The translations under genes were made by a program, and so were the position numbers. A stretch of 64,000 nucleotides of DNA from Octopus sinensis (taxonomy: Eukaryota), in the NCBI RefSeq assembly GCF_006345805.1, contig NC_043009.1, positions 620,001-684,000 on the forward strand. Reading direction: 5' to 3'. Positions within the stretch are counted from its first letter, which is position 1; each line of letters starts with the position of its first letter. This document shows positions 23,283 to 36,799 of the stretch, piece after piece. The notes under the pieces were generated by a model that worked only from the letters and a program-made list of their open reading frames with translations, was not told the origin of the DNA and did no database searches.

Positions 23283-24880
23283 AAGGCTGTGTGGCAAGAT
23301 GTTTGCTTCCCAAACACATGGTTCCGGGTTCAGCCCCACTGCGTGACGCCTTGGGCAAGCGTCTTCTACTATAGCCTAAGGCTGACCAAATCCTGTGTGT
23401 GGATTTGGAAGACGTAAACCGAAAAAAGCCTGTCATATATATATATATATTTGGTCGTCAAGTATGAAATTTGTAGAAAAGAAAAAAAATTGGCTAATAT
23501 TTTATAAATACAAGAATAGTTTGATTCATCAAAATATGCACCCATGTTGTCAATACACTTTTGCCATTTCAGTGGTAGCTTGTCCAACCCGGAGCTGTAA
23601 AAGCCTGGCAATCTAGAGTCAATAAAATCTTGGAAGGCCTGTTTTACAGCATCGTCAGAGTTAATTTTTTTGCTATCAAAAAGTTATCCAAATTCTGGAA
23701 GAAGTGGTAATCAGTGGGGGTAAGATCAGGTGAGTATGGTTGATGATGGAAAACTTCCAACTCCATCTATAGTTTCGGCAATGTCATTTTTGCGAGGTGT
23801 GGTATGGCGTTATCTTGCAATAAAATAGGAGTGGATCTGTTGACTAGTCCAGGCTGTTCTTTTTTTTTTTGTAAGTTTCTGCATCATTTGGACCAGCTAA
23901 CTGCAGTATACTTCGGCTGTGATTGATGAACCAGGTTTGATGAAATCATAATGGTTCACACCTGCGCCAAACCACCAAACACACGCCATCAGCTTCTTTT
24001 GCTGAATTTAGCTTTTTGGACTGTGTTTTGGTGGCTCGTCTTTGTCCAACCATTGTGCTGAACGTTTACAGTTGTTGTATTGGATCCATTTCTCATCACA
24101 TGTTACAATTCGATTCAAAGATGATTAATTTTTGGGACAAGAAAGTAGCATAATGCAGGCTTCCAAACGTTGTTGTTTCTGATTTTCATTGAGTTCATGT
24201 GGAACCCACTTATCCAACTTTTTCATTTTGCCGATTTGAGCTAGATGTTTGCTAGCACCAAACAACAACGATAATTCATTGGCACTTTGAAATGGATCTG
24301 ACTCGACGGTGGCTTTCAGTTCGTCATTATCCACCATTGTTTCTGGTCGACCGCGTTGCTCAGTTGTGAGGTCAAAGTTACCAGAACGAAATTTTGCAAA
24401 CCAATTTGATACTGTCTGCTGCGTAATAACATTAAAATGAAATACTCCATTAATATTCCGAGCTGTCTGTGATGTTGTATTTCCAAGAAAAAACTCATAT
24501 TTCAAAAATGTACGAATTTCCGACTTATCGATCTCTAAACAAAAATAGCAGAAAATGATTTGTAAATACTTTATAAAGCGCAAAATCAGTTGAAATAAAG
24601 AAATAGATGTGTCAGCTTTCTAACAAAGAATAAAGATTGTCAAAATATAATAATGACGCAAAATGAGCGGCTGTCAAAGTTTAACATATACCTTACTACA
24701 AATTTCATACTTGACGACCTAATATATACATCTGTGTGTGTCTGTACCTGGTGTTGGCGTGGTTACGTCCCCATAACTTAGTGGTTCGGTAAGGCAAAAG
24801 AGACAAGGCTTTAAAAAAAGTAAGTATTGGTGTCAATTCATTCGACTTAAAAATTCCTCGAGGCAGTGCTCCAGCATAAG
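23283..24880 (+). mobile_element. SINE family A split by a mariner (5' half 23283-23435, 3' half 24735-24880)
   Basis: Both halves align collinearly to family A either side of the mariner. Confidence 0.75.
23451..24722 (-). mobile_element. Full-length mariner (Hsmar1/cecropia-like) with broken transposase
   Basis: 26-bp TIRs t(t/a)ggtcgtcaagtatgaaatttgtag, TA flanks, ORF DKSEIRTFLKYEF..TARNIN..WFAKFRSGNFDL..RGRP..KKLDKWVPHEL. Confidence 0.92.
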
Positions 24881-24904
24881 GGAAAATATGACAGAGTATA
24901 TTTT

Positions 24905-25008
24905 ATTCTGTTGTGTCTGGGGAGAGTCATTTTCTTTTTGTGCTTTATAATGTAACACACTCACTGAAGGCACAGAAAGAAAATGACTCTCCCCAGACAC
25001 AACAGAAT
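24905..25008. repeat. Near-perfect ~40-bp-stem hairpin
   Basis: attctgttgtgtctggggagagtcattttctttttgtgc vs gcacagaaagaaaatgactctccccagacacaacagaat. Confidence 0.85.
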
Positions 25009-25524
25009 ATGCTTCAACACACGAACTCATATAAAGAATCTTGCAAACCAAATCCAAAAACGAAGTATATTTTATGTTTTTCATAAAATCCTTAAAATCT
25101 GGATTCCAACTGTTTCTCTGAGATCTAACCAAAATCTTAATGAAGGATGAACTCCACCTGCCTCACTTCTAGTTCAAAGTACACGAGGATGATATGATGG
25201 TGACAGTTTAATGATTCTAAAGATTAACGAACAAATATGTTTTAGCATTAAACATAGAAAGAAAAAAAAGATGAGAGGATATCATAGAAGAATATTAAAT
25301 ACATTTTTCCTAGTATATGTTTTAATGGTTTTTTTGACAATTTGGTTACCAAGTGCTTCTCTTAAATCTTAAAACCCTTCTATTAGAACCGACATATTGA
25401 CCTCATTAAATTAAAAAATGGTGACTTCAAACTGTTTTATTTCTCTCTGACTGAACAAGATGTTACGGCAAACTCATAATAAAACGTTGTGTTTTACAGA
25501 TTATTATTTATTATTATGAAGCGG

Positions 25525-25730
25525 CAAAAGGTGGCGAGCTGGCAGAATCGATAGCATACCGGGTAACATGCTTAGCGGCCGTCTTTACGTTCTGAGTTCA
25601 AATTCCACCGAAGTCGACTTTGCTTCTCATCCTTACTAGATCGATAAAATAAGTACTAGTTGAACATTGGGTTCGATGTAATCGACTATCTCTCTCCACC
25701 AAAATTCCAGGCCTTGTGCCTATAGCAGAA
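25525..25730 (+). mobile_element. SINE family B
   Basis: Head ggtggcgagctggcagaatcg to ..ccttgtgcctatagcagaa. Confidence 0.85.
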
Positions 25731-25879
25731 ATAATTTATCGCAAGGACTACACGTGTTACGAACACTCTGTGAGCTATCCAATTATTTTCATTGTTATAG
25801 GTCTAGTTTTATTTCCCTTTTGTTGTATAATGTGTCATTAACTTGGGCAGACCATAAGCAAAAGTGATTGTCATCTGCC

Positions 25880-28132
25880 CTAAAGGGTGAAATTTCGAAA
25901 AGAAATTTTTTTTTTCATTTCGAAATACTGTATAAAAAATTTTAATATGGCGGAGTTTTCTTTGCCAAGCGGAGAAGAGAGGTTGGTGGGAAGCATTTTA
26001 AAGGGGAAATTGGCTTTCGCACCCAATCTCCAACAAATATGGCAGGAAGTAGTAGCAGCAGAATTAACAGCAACAACATCAGCACCACCAACACCGGCAA
26101 ATATGTATATATGAAAAACAAGTGGAAACAAAGACGCCAGTGCCACCACCGCCATCACAAAAGCCAACCAAAGCAACAATGAACAAGAGAATCAAGAAAA
26201 AGAAAAAAAAGAATTTTTTCATACGTAGCACGTGCGAATTCAACTACCACCGCCACCATTATCACCATTAACGCCAACACAGTCGCTGAAAATGACAAAA
26301 ATGACAAATCTCGCTCGAACGGGTTTGCATCTACAGTGAAGCAAACACAAGAAAATATAAATCTATCGATAAACGATTTAATAAATGGAAAATTCTTATT
26401 AAAATGAAATGGAAGAAGGATAATCCTTAACACTTCTGAAGCCATTGTGTAGGGCACACTGAGAAAAACAATGATTTATAAAACAATAGTTGAAGTTCGT
26501 AGTTTAGAACGAGCAACAAAACAACAAATCGAAGTAAGTCTATGTCCAGTGTGGGACACTAAAACCTGTTTTGCACGCAGGAAGAGATATGGTACTGTAG
26601 AGGTGATATTTTCCACAGAGGAAGAAGCAAGAAAGTACCAGAGATAGACATCTGCTGGTTGGTGACGGCTGTCCTACTGGACAGACATCGTACAGGTGTG
26701 AAAACCACATAAACCTAGTCAGGGAAAAGTTTAGAGTTGTAGGTGCAAATGAATAACGAAAGTCTAGAAACAATTCCGGATATCATAAATTTACCACATG
26801 GCACCAACCTCCACGTGGCCGGTTTGGATAGAAAGCTGAGGTGTCACCTATGTTGGGACAAAAATAGAAACACGGTACTCGTGCCCAAGCAGATGTGTGC
26901 GGCATTTTAACATCGTTTCAGCCAACTGTTTGAGACGAATGGTACGAGGTGACGAGCAGGGTGACCAATCTCACCCCGAAATGGGCCAAGAGAAAGCAAT
27001 CCCTAAAAGGTCGGGCAGGGACAGTCAATGCCTACATCGCTTCCGCTATATATTATCGCCCGGCCGTTGTGGCTTGTCCCAGTTTCCGTCGGAGCAAACT
27101 GGAGCGCATACACTTGTTTTCTGTAGAAGGGATGCTTCCACTTATCAGGAACTCTATTTGCTGTCAACACCTGCTGAATGGAGGGTTGGACATGTCAAGG
27201 TTGCTGATGCGCAGATATGCGCTGAGGTTGTGATATCTCCAGTGCTTACTAGTTAGACGGTCAGTGAATGTTCAACCTCTATAGAGGGTTAGTGGCAGGC
27301 AAGTGCGATAGTGGGCAAGTGCATCGACCTTTGTCCAGGAGACTCTGGTCGTCGACGCGAATGAGCTGGTTGGTCTGTTCTGAAGGACTTTCGAGACGGG
27401 GCTTATGGATAATTCCCAGAAATCTTTGATTTGGCAGTGCTACTGGGATGAATTGCCAGTTCCGGAATAAATCTACAGGCATGGAAATGTCGTCAGTCGG
27501 GCTTTCCCGAGATACCCCAGAGTGACGAAACTCTTCCGCACGTCCTCGCCCAATGCCGGAGCATTGCTGACTTGTGGATTTATGTCGAATACCTGCCATC
27601 GCGTGCAGGAGGGATCCAGTTATAGGCTGAGCCCATCGTGGATATCGTCCCACTGCCTTGGACAGTCAGTGTTTCTTTGTCTGGTGGCATTAACGAAAAA
27701 GGTTGTGTTGTGGAGCAGGTTGAAACGGCAGAAAACAGATACTTTCCTCTTTGACCAAGCCCACATCAACTTTTTAATGTTGCCCTTGAAAAGGAACATG
27801 AGGATGAAGAAGGGAGTACTGCAATTTTCTTAAAATATGGGTGAATGTAACATGAATGGCCTGAGTGTACAGGACAGCTCTCATCATGGGCCTCTAGATT
27901 GAGGGTTGATGAAGAAGAAAGGGCACTTGCCCTAGAGGTCAGAGTGATCGTGGATTTTGGTGGGTGGGGAGATTTCCATGAGCAGCTTTTGAAAGTTACT
28001 CTATTCTGGGGATTTTAATTGTTAGAAGTTTCATTTCTATTCTTTATTTGCAGGTTTCAATCCTACTCTATTTGTACTGTATTGCATCGTTCCCAATCGT
28101 TTATATGAACCCCCGGTGGTTAATAAAGGAAA

Positions 28133-28135
<3 letters not shown>
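25880..28135 (+). mobile_element. Internally deleted Tx1/L1-type LINE
   Basis: Decayed ORF1-like frame from ATG 25947; post-RT ORF2 motifs KWAKRKQSLKGRAGTVNAYIASAIYY..QHLLNGGL..MRRYALRL; AATAAA and (TAT)n tail at ~28125; no EN or RT core seen. Confidence 0.7.
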
Positions 28136-28184
<49 letters not shown>

Positions 28185-29412
28185 GAGTGAGAGAGCAGTT
28201 CATGCCATCAAAGTGACACTGGGGTAAAATATACGAAGCCCAATATACCCATCATGACTACCCGTCTGATAAGGGTACACTAGGCACATGCATCACAACC
28301 ATATGTGCGCGACATTGTGATCTCATATCAAGATAAACAGCGCATGACCTTGCAGGTGGGGCCCAGTTAGAATTTTCTTCAGGTTGAGTAGCCCATCCCG
28401 CTCAAAAGGTCCCTGAATAAGGGTTGTTTAAGGATGTTGAAAGAACCACCCATGTTTCCAGAGGTGAATTATTCAAACCCCAAAAAATCCCTCTCAACAC
28501 ATGGCTATGATGCTCCCCCACTACTTCTGCTCGTGATCAGAGATGCACATATCGTCAGCCACTAAGTGAAATGCTAAACTGGTTAAGGTCAAACAACTGA
28601 CAGACAAATCTGTGGTATTGAGCAGAATATTTGCTGTAGCCCATCTTTTATACCAAGACAAAACAATGTACATGATAACACTTCCAATCAGTTAAGATCA
28701 GAAGCCATGAGAGCCACTGCCTGGTACTGCATCTATTATTATTATATTATTATTATTATTATATTATATTATTATTATTATTATTATTATATTATTATTA
28801 TTATCATTATCGCTATTATTATTATTATATTATTATATTATTATTATTATTATTATTATTATTGAGTGAGAGAGCAGTTCATGCCATCAAAGTGACACTG
28901 GGGTAAAATATACGAAGCCCAATATACCCATCATGACTACCCGTCTGATAAGGGTACACTAGGCACATGCATCACAACCATATGTGCGCGACATTGTGAT
29001 CTCATATCAAGATAAACAGCGCATGACCTTGCAGGTGGGGCCCAGTTAGAATTTTCTTCAGGTTGAGTAGCCCATCCCGCTCAAAAGGTCCCTGAATAAG
29101 GGTTGTTTAAGGATGTTGAAAGAACCACCCATGTTTCCAGAGGTGAATTATTCAAACCCCAAAAAATCCCTCTCAACACATGGCTATGATGCTCCCCCAC
29201 TACTTCTGCTCGTGATCAGAGATGCACATATCGTCAGCCACTAAGTGAAATGCTAAACTGGTTAAGGTCAAACAACTGACAGACAAATCTGTGGTATTGA
29301 GCAGAATATTTGCTGTAGCCCATCTTTTATACCAAGACAAAACAATGTACATGATAACACTTCCAATCAGTTAAGATCAGAAGCCATGAGAGCCACTGCC
29401 TGGTACTGCATC
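28185..29412 (-). repeat. Two apparently identical 549-bp copies of an interspersed repeat ending in (AAT)n (probable non-LTR 3' UTR), 679-bp period
   Basis: 28185-28733 and 28864-29412 show no differences by eye; class assignment is inference. Confidence 0.8.
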
Positions 29413-29486
<74 letters not shown>

Positions 29487-29497
29487 CATTATCGCTA

Positions 29498-29541
<44 letters not shown>

Positions 29542-29589
29542 TATTATTATTGTTGTTGTTGTTGTTATAATTATTATTATCATAATAAA

Positions 29590-29800
29590 GGCGGTGGGCT
29601 GGCAGAATCGTTAGCACGCCGGGAAAAATGCTTAGTGGTACTTCGCCTGTCGCTACGTTTTGAGTTCAAATTCCACAAAGGTCGACTTTGCCGTTCATCC
29701 TTTCGAGCTCAATGAAATAAGTACCAGTTACGCACTGGGGTCGATGTAATCGACTGTCCCCTCCTCCAAATTTTCAGGCCTTGTGCCTACAATAGAAAGG
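29590..29800 (+). mobile_element. SINE family B
   Basis: ggcggtgggctggcagaatcgttagcac head, preceded by (TAT)n. Confidence 0.85.
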
Positions 29801-29827
29801 ATTATTATTATTGGTGTTGTTGTCAAG

Positions 29828-30157
29828 GCGTATAGCTCAGTGGTTGGAGAGTCAACCTTACGATCGTGAGATTGTGAGTTCGATTCCTGGACCCGGCTGC
29901 ATATTGTGTTCTTGAGCAAGACACTTTATTTCACTTTGATCCAGTTCACTCAGCTGTAGAAATTAGTTGCGACGTCACTGGTGCCAAGTTGTATCGGCCC
30001 CTTTGCTTTTCCTTTGGATAACATCAGTGGCATGGAGAGGGGAAGCTGGTATGTATGGGCAACTGCTGGCCTTCCAGAAACAACCTTGCCCGGACTTGAG
30101 CCTCGGAGGGTAACTTTCTAGGTGCAATCCTATGGTCATTCATGACCGAAGGGGGTC
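29828..30157 (+). mobile_element. SINE family D (tRNA head plus cttgagcaagacac..cactcagctgt central domain)
   Basis: A-box tagctcagtgg, B-box gttcgattcc, central domain shared with 35125 and 36800. Confidence 0.8.
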
Positions 30158-30183
30158 TCCTCCTCGTCCTCCTCATCCTCCTC

Positions 30184-30251
<68 letters not shown>

Positions 30252-30313
30252 GTAGGTGAGCTAGCAGAAGTGATAACACGCTACATATATAGAGCAGATA
30301 CATATATGTGCCC

Positions 30314-30344
<31 letters not shown>

Positions 30345-30545
30345 TTTACTTGTTTCCGTCATTAGGTTGCAGCCATGTTGGAGCACCACCTTGAAGAATT
30401 TTTAATCGAACTAACTCCAGTACTTATTCTATAAAGCCTAATACTTATTCTATTGTTCTCTCTTGTTGGTCCGCTAAGTTACGGCAACGTAAACACACCA
30501 CCGCCGGTTTTCAAGCGGTGATGGAGACAAACACACAGGCACACA
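30345..30545 (-). mobile_element. SINE family A, 3' half (5' half at 33055-33190)
   Basis: Alignment to family A by eye. Confidence 0.75.
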
Positions 30546-30581
30546 CATATATATTATATATATATACATGTATATATATAC

Positions 30582-30615
<34 letters not shown>

Positions 30616-30778
30616 GCATATATATATATATATATATATATCCGCTCGAAACGTTAAACCCTCCTTCCCTTCTTTCCTGAGCGTCAATAATACTTTAATT
30701 GTTCCACGTCCTGCGTTGCTGTGTTTTTTTCTCCTTTTTCTCTTTTTTTCTGTGTTTTCTTGTTTGGATTAACTATAT

Positions 30779-30838
<60 letters not shown>

Positions 30839-30840
30839 TA

Positions 30841-32190
30841 AATTAGAGATAAAACCACTATTAGGCAAATCAAACAATGAAAAACTTAAGCCAATACATA
30901 AAATTAATTAATTTAAATTATTTTAAATATATATCAAAAGTATTAAAAGATTAATAAAAGATAATGATTAAAACACTACGATCGTTTCATGGCTGTCCAA
31001 TTCGTAATAATTCGTGTTATGGTTACAGTCAATCTTCAGGTGATTGAAATATCTAAAATATAATCAGAAATATTGAGACAATATTTTTAAGATATAAATA
31101 ATACAATAATTTTACTTATAATAAACTCTATTATCAAACTAGAAACATAGAACTTAACAATTATGATTATATCAAAATCGACTATAATGTTAAATATCAA
31201 TTTTAATTTATAAGGTAGGAAACCCACTCATAATCTAATATCGGTATTAGTCTATATCTAATTACATAAATATTTAAAAATGACTAATATATATAAATTA
31301 TCAATGAAAATATATAAATGTATATAAATATTATAATTAAGATCTAAAATAATCTCTATAAATAAATGTATATGCACATATAATAAAAACCTAATAAATT
31401 TAATTTTTCATATTTAAAGATGAAATAGCTAATTTCAAAATACAAATAAACAAACTTAAACGAACTTTCGGAAATCTTATGTAAAATAGTTTTAGAAATA
31501 ATCCATTCGTAGTAATATAGTATCGAATAAATACTATAAATACTATAAATATAATTATCAATGGAAATAACTAGCGAATATCAATTTAAAGAAATAACTA
31601 AGTTAAAACAACGATATTTACATAAGGGAAATATTATTACTCCAAAGGCTTATACAATATTAAAATTTACAATTTGAAGATCTTAAATAAATATATACTT
31701 ATCTTAGCGAGGTTTAGCAATGAACTAAAATTTTGAATCGGAAAACGTCTTTACAGCGTTTATTAGAATACTCTTGGAATTACGTTATTAGCAAAAAAGA
31801 AGAATAAATTGTTGAAGAATTCAATACGCGTGAGGAACCTACGTTTTATTAATGATTGTGAATGGGAAAATTATTTGTTTATCATTGTAAATAGAATGAA
31901 GTCACGAATAAAGAATAAAATCTCTCTATACTATAATATTATTTAATACAATAACTATGATAAATGAAACTTAATACAAAATAAATTAAATGATTTAAAT
32001 GATTAAAAACCACTAATTATTAAATATATTCTAAAAATCTTATGAGATTAATAAATATATAAAAATTTATTTATATAGTAACCCCTCAACATACTATAAA
32101 GTCTTTCCCATGCCTTTATAATTATAAGCTAAAATTAGTGATCATAACCAAAATTATAAATACTTATCAAAATTTGTAGTATAACTATAC
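30841..32190 (-). mobile_element. ORF-less relative of the Naiad element (3' UTR plus complete pLTR)
   Basis: 30841-30905 aligns to the reverse complement of 14000-14066 (aaaaccactatt..caaacaa..aagacttaa..caatacataaaatt); shares attatcaatgaaa, ctaaaataatct and aaaccta..catatttaaa with 9088-9313; carries homologous HHR. Confidence 0.75.
30972..31045 (-). ncRNA. Type I hammerhead ribozyme with extended stem II
   Basis: CAC-CTGAAGA-T-TGACTGT..ACAGCCA-T-GAAAC-GATC-GTA|GTG; palindromic ACGATCGT. Confidence 0.75.
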
Positions 32191-32254
32191 ATACGTATAC
32201 ATAAATATATAAAAAAAATATACATACATATACATATAAATATACATATATATA

Positions 32255-33010
<756 letters not shown>

Positions 33011-33054
33011 TTAAATTGTTTATATATACATTCATATATATATATATACATACT

Positions 33055-33190
33055 CCAGGCTTCTTTCAGTTTTCGCCTACCAAATCCACTTACAGGGTTT
33101 TGGTCGGTCTAAAGCTATAGTAGACACTTGTCCAAGGTGTCACCCAGTGGGACTGAACCTAGAATTATGTGTTTGCGAAGCCAGCTTTTT
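33055..33190 (-). mobile_element. SINE family A, 5' half
   Basis: ctaccaaatccact..cagtgggactgaacc match. Confidence 0.75.
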
Positions 33191-33407
33191 AATATTTAAT
33201 TTTTGTTAAGCTTATTTACCATCTGAGTTCAAAAGCAACCCGGGTCAACTTTACTTTCCATAATTCTTGGGTCGAGAAAGAATTGAACTTCTGTCCAAAT
33301 ACTAGATTAATTCCAGTGGCTTTTCTTAGTACTTTAATTACAATATATCAAAAGCAATAGTAAAACATAGAAGATATAATTTTTATGTTGAACAGCAGCA
33401 GCAGCAT

Positions 33408-33451
<44 letters not shown>

Positions 33452-33564
33452 ACGGTGGTCATGGTGGCGGCAGTTGTAGTTAAAGTATGTAGACTCTAAC
33501 TGGTTTAGATATATATAGTATATATATATAGTATATATATAGTATATATATATATATATATATA

Positions 33565-33620
<56 letters not shown>

Positions 33621-33624
<4 letters not shown>

Positions 33625-34040
33625 AAATAAGAAAATGGAGAAACACATCTTAATCAATGATCAACTACCAGATAATACCCAATCACATAATTTATTAAAC
33701 CACTACATATGAACAGCTCCTTGATGTAGAGGTCCTTAGTAGGGATGGGTACATCTTTCATTGATGAATTGATCAGTATCTTCTTCATTTTACTAGCAGT
33801 AATGATCTGGGTATTATCTGGTAGTTGATCATTGATTAAGATGTGTTTCTCCATTTTCTTATTTTGTATTATTAATTTGTGGTAAAACATTTTACCTTTG
33901 CCCATATAATACAGTAAATGAATTAACTGCATCGCAGTTCTTAACATTTATGTATTAACTTTATTGGGTGCTTCACTAGCAGTATATTGGATATATGTTA
34001 TCCCATGGAGGGTTGCATTTACAACCCCTATCTCAATTTG
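33621..34040 (-). mobile_element. PLE tail containing the start of a Naiad-type ORF, with 61-bp inversion
   Basis: INSSMKDVPIPTKDLYIKELF resembles DSSLKDIPIPSRKEFILKLI of the master ORF; 33621-33681 is the perfect reverse complement of 33808-33868. Confidence 0.6.
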
Positions 34041-34059
34041 TATATATATATATATACAT

Positions 34060-34675
34060 ATAGAAAATAGTAAAAAGTGAAAAAAACTACAGAAGGCTTG
34101 TTTTAAAAGGTTAAAAAATATATATTTGAGTCAATATGTCTGAAGAATGTTATAAATTTTTTTCATACAATGACATAGTATAGAGGAAATGACCGGTTTC
34201 AGCTTTTCAAATTTCTTAAAACGTTACGTTTACTTTGAGCGGTGATCTAGATAATAAGTGATTTCTTCCGGTGTAAGGGAGATAATCGCTTAAAATTATT
34301 TGCCTTTCTTTTGGATTGAGTTTCTCTATATAAGTATGTTGGAATGGTTAAGTTTGGGCTTGTATTTTTCAATGAAGAATGTTTCCTTGTTTAGTCTAAT
34401 TTGTGTTGGTGATCCGATAGCACACTGGTAGAATGGAAAGATTAGAAATTGTGGTAGTAGTTGCTTTGCGCATTTCTCAATGTGCTCACTAAAGGGTATC
34501 ATTCTGTATTCTGGGAATGCAATATGTTGTCAATGCAGTGTGCATCTACGTCTGAGTGATAGTCCCGTGGATCCCACGTAGTCTTGGTGGCAGCCCGAGC
34601 ATTTTATGACATAAATTATGTTTTCAGAGGCACAAGTAAAATTAGATTTGATCTTGAATTTCTGTCCCTCTTATA
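34060..34675 (-). mobile_element. Neptune-type PLE 3' fragment (GIY-YIG plus pLTR)
   Basis: FKIKSNFTCASENIIYVIKCSGCHQDYVGSTGLSLRRRCTLH*..FSEHIEKC..FYQC..RLNKETFFIEKYKPKLN (34330-34675). Confidence 0.85.
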
Positions 34676-34677
34676 TA

Positions 34678-34713
<36 letters not shown>

Positions 34714-34888
34714 CAGCAGCAGCAGTAGCTTAACTCCACAATATGCTTCCCAATTTTCTCAGTAGGGGTGCGCACAGATTTATTATTACTATCGTTATTC
34801 AAAGCAGTTTGATTCGACCACATGCGACTTAAAGATTTGCACGCTTTGAACAGAAACCTGGCTCTTTCACGCTCAAATTTCCGAATAT

Positions 34889-34937
<49 letters not shown>

Positions 34938-35124
34938 ACCACTCTATCGCTCCACCACCGCACATGTCTCTTTGAGACATTTAGAAATTCAATATTTGTA
35001 ATATATATTATATATATATATATATTATATATATATATATATATAAAGTATAAGAAAAGGAAAAAATTATAAGTGTAGACAAACTTCAATTCAAATCCAA
35101 GTTGGTACAGAACCAATATAAATA

Positions 35125-35368
35125 AATGTTCCTTCTCGAGCTATGCCAAGCTCATAAGGGCCGGTTTCTCGGTTTCAATGGCGTAGAAATTCCCCGCCTG
35201 GACGGGACGCCGGTCAGTCGCAGGATTGCTCAGTTTTACCAGCTGAGTGGACTGGAGCAACGTGAAAATGAAGTGTTTTGCTCAAGAACACAACGCATCG
35301 CCCGGAATCGAAACCACAACCTTACGATCATGAGTTCAACACTCTAACCACTGAGCCACGCGCCTCCA
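35125..35368 (-). mobile_element. SINE family D with family-C-type tail
   Basis: tRNA head at 35368, central cactcagctg domain, tail gaccggcgtcccgtccag..gaaaccggcccttatgagc. Confidence 0.8.
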
Positions 35369-35640
35369 CACAGAACCAACATACATTCTACAAATTGTTT
35401 CGGAATCTAATTAATTCCAAAGACAAAGACGAAAAACTTTTCATGAAATACAAATTAGATTCCTCATCAGGAATTACAAACTGGTATGAATGATTACGAA
35501 CGACAAAAATATACAAAGACCTTTCGTAGCCCAGACAGAAACAAATAAATGAAAGATAACAAGAATGCGAGATATTCAAAACTAGAATATATATATATAT
35601 ATATTTATCTATATATGTGTGTATGTGTGTGTGTGTGTGT

Positions 35641-35929
35641 GGAGGCGCAATGGCCCAGTGGTTAGGGCAGCGAAACTCGCTGTTTCGATTCCCAGACCAG
35701 GCGTTCTGCGTGTTAATTGAGCGAAAACACCTAAAAGCCCCACGAGGCTCCGGCAGGGGCAACTCCTGTTGTACTCTTTTGCCCCAACTTTCTCTTACTC
35801 TTTCTTCCTGCTTCTTGAGTAATGCTGCGATGGACTGGCGTCCCGTCCAGCTGCGGGGAACACATACGCCACAGAAACCGGGTAACCGGGCCCATGAGCC
35901 TGACTAGGCTTGAAAAGGGCGCATAAATA

Positions 35930-35930
<1 letters not shown>
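35641..35930 (+). mobile_element. SINE family C
   Basis: A-box tggcccagtgg, B-box tttcgattccc, body gaaaacacctaaaagc. Confidence 0.85.
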
Positions 35931-35962
<32 letters not shown>

Positions 35963-36799
35963 TTCATACATACATACATACATACATATCAAGTTTACCG
36001 TTCATCGCTTCAAGATAGGTGAAATAGAGTACAGATAGGTAGAAACATTCAGCTGTACCGTGTTCACCCCACCTTGCAATATTTGTTATCAGGAGTCTTG
36101 GATTGGCTACGAAAAAGAGAAGCGAGGTTGGAAGAAAATTGTCGGAAACCGCTGAGAAGATAAGCAAGTCATTACATCTGGTTCAAGAGAGTGAATGAGT
36201 GATGCAACTAGAGAGAGCATTTAGGATAATAGAAACATCTGGCCTCAAAGTTGCAACATCTGCCTCAACAAAATTTGTGCTGTTGTGCAGGAGGTTTTTC
36301 ACCTACATCAGTGGGAGACATCGGGCAGCACTGGTGTCCCAGTGAAAGGAACCGAAACGCCAACAGAGTTGCTTCACCTCCTGATGAGACGAAGTATAGG
36401 ACAAGTCTCAAAGAACGTGTGTTTACCTTAAATGTAACAATTTTTCAATTTAAATTAAGATCAATTGGTTATCCCAATCGGTAGCATGTTGGACCAAATT
36501 TCTTGGATGCAATGTGTTATCATTAGAGCGTCAAATGAAAGTGCCTCGCGATATTTAGTTACGGTTTCTTACGTTCTAACCTCAATCCCCTTAAAGGCCT
36601 ACTTTGATTTTTATCATTTTTGGATCTATAAAATAAATACCACAAAAGTACTGGAATCGATTCAATTGATTCTACCCACCCATCCACCCCCAAGACGGTG
36701 TGGCCGAAATTAGAAGTCTTTTCTCTTTTTTTCTTTTTTTTGGTAAATTAATGTTATAGATATATGTAAAGGCGGTAGTAAACACTTCGGGTCTTAGGT

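Noticed and set aside
29828-29900. tRNA genes at SINE heads (also 35641, 61250, 63534)
   Set aside because: A and B boxes are present but there is no complete cloverleaf, and each continues into a SINE body
34130-34215. Hammerhead in the Neptune pLTR
   Set aside because: CTGAAGA (plus strand) and GAAACCGGTC (minus strand) halves are on opposite strands and each is incomplete
36370-36420. Hammerhead at ctgatgagac..gtctcaaag
   Set aside because: No GAAA and no stem III or cleavage triplet
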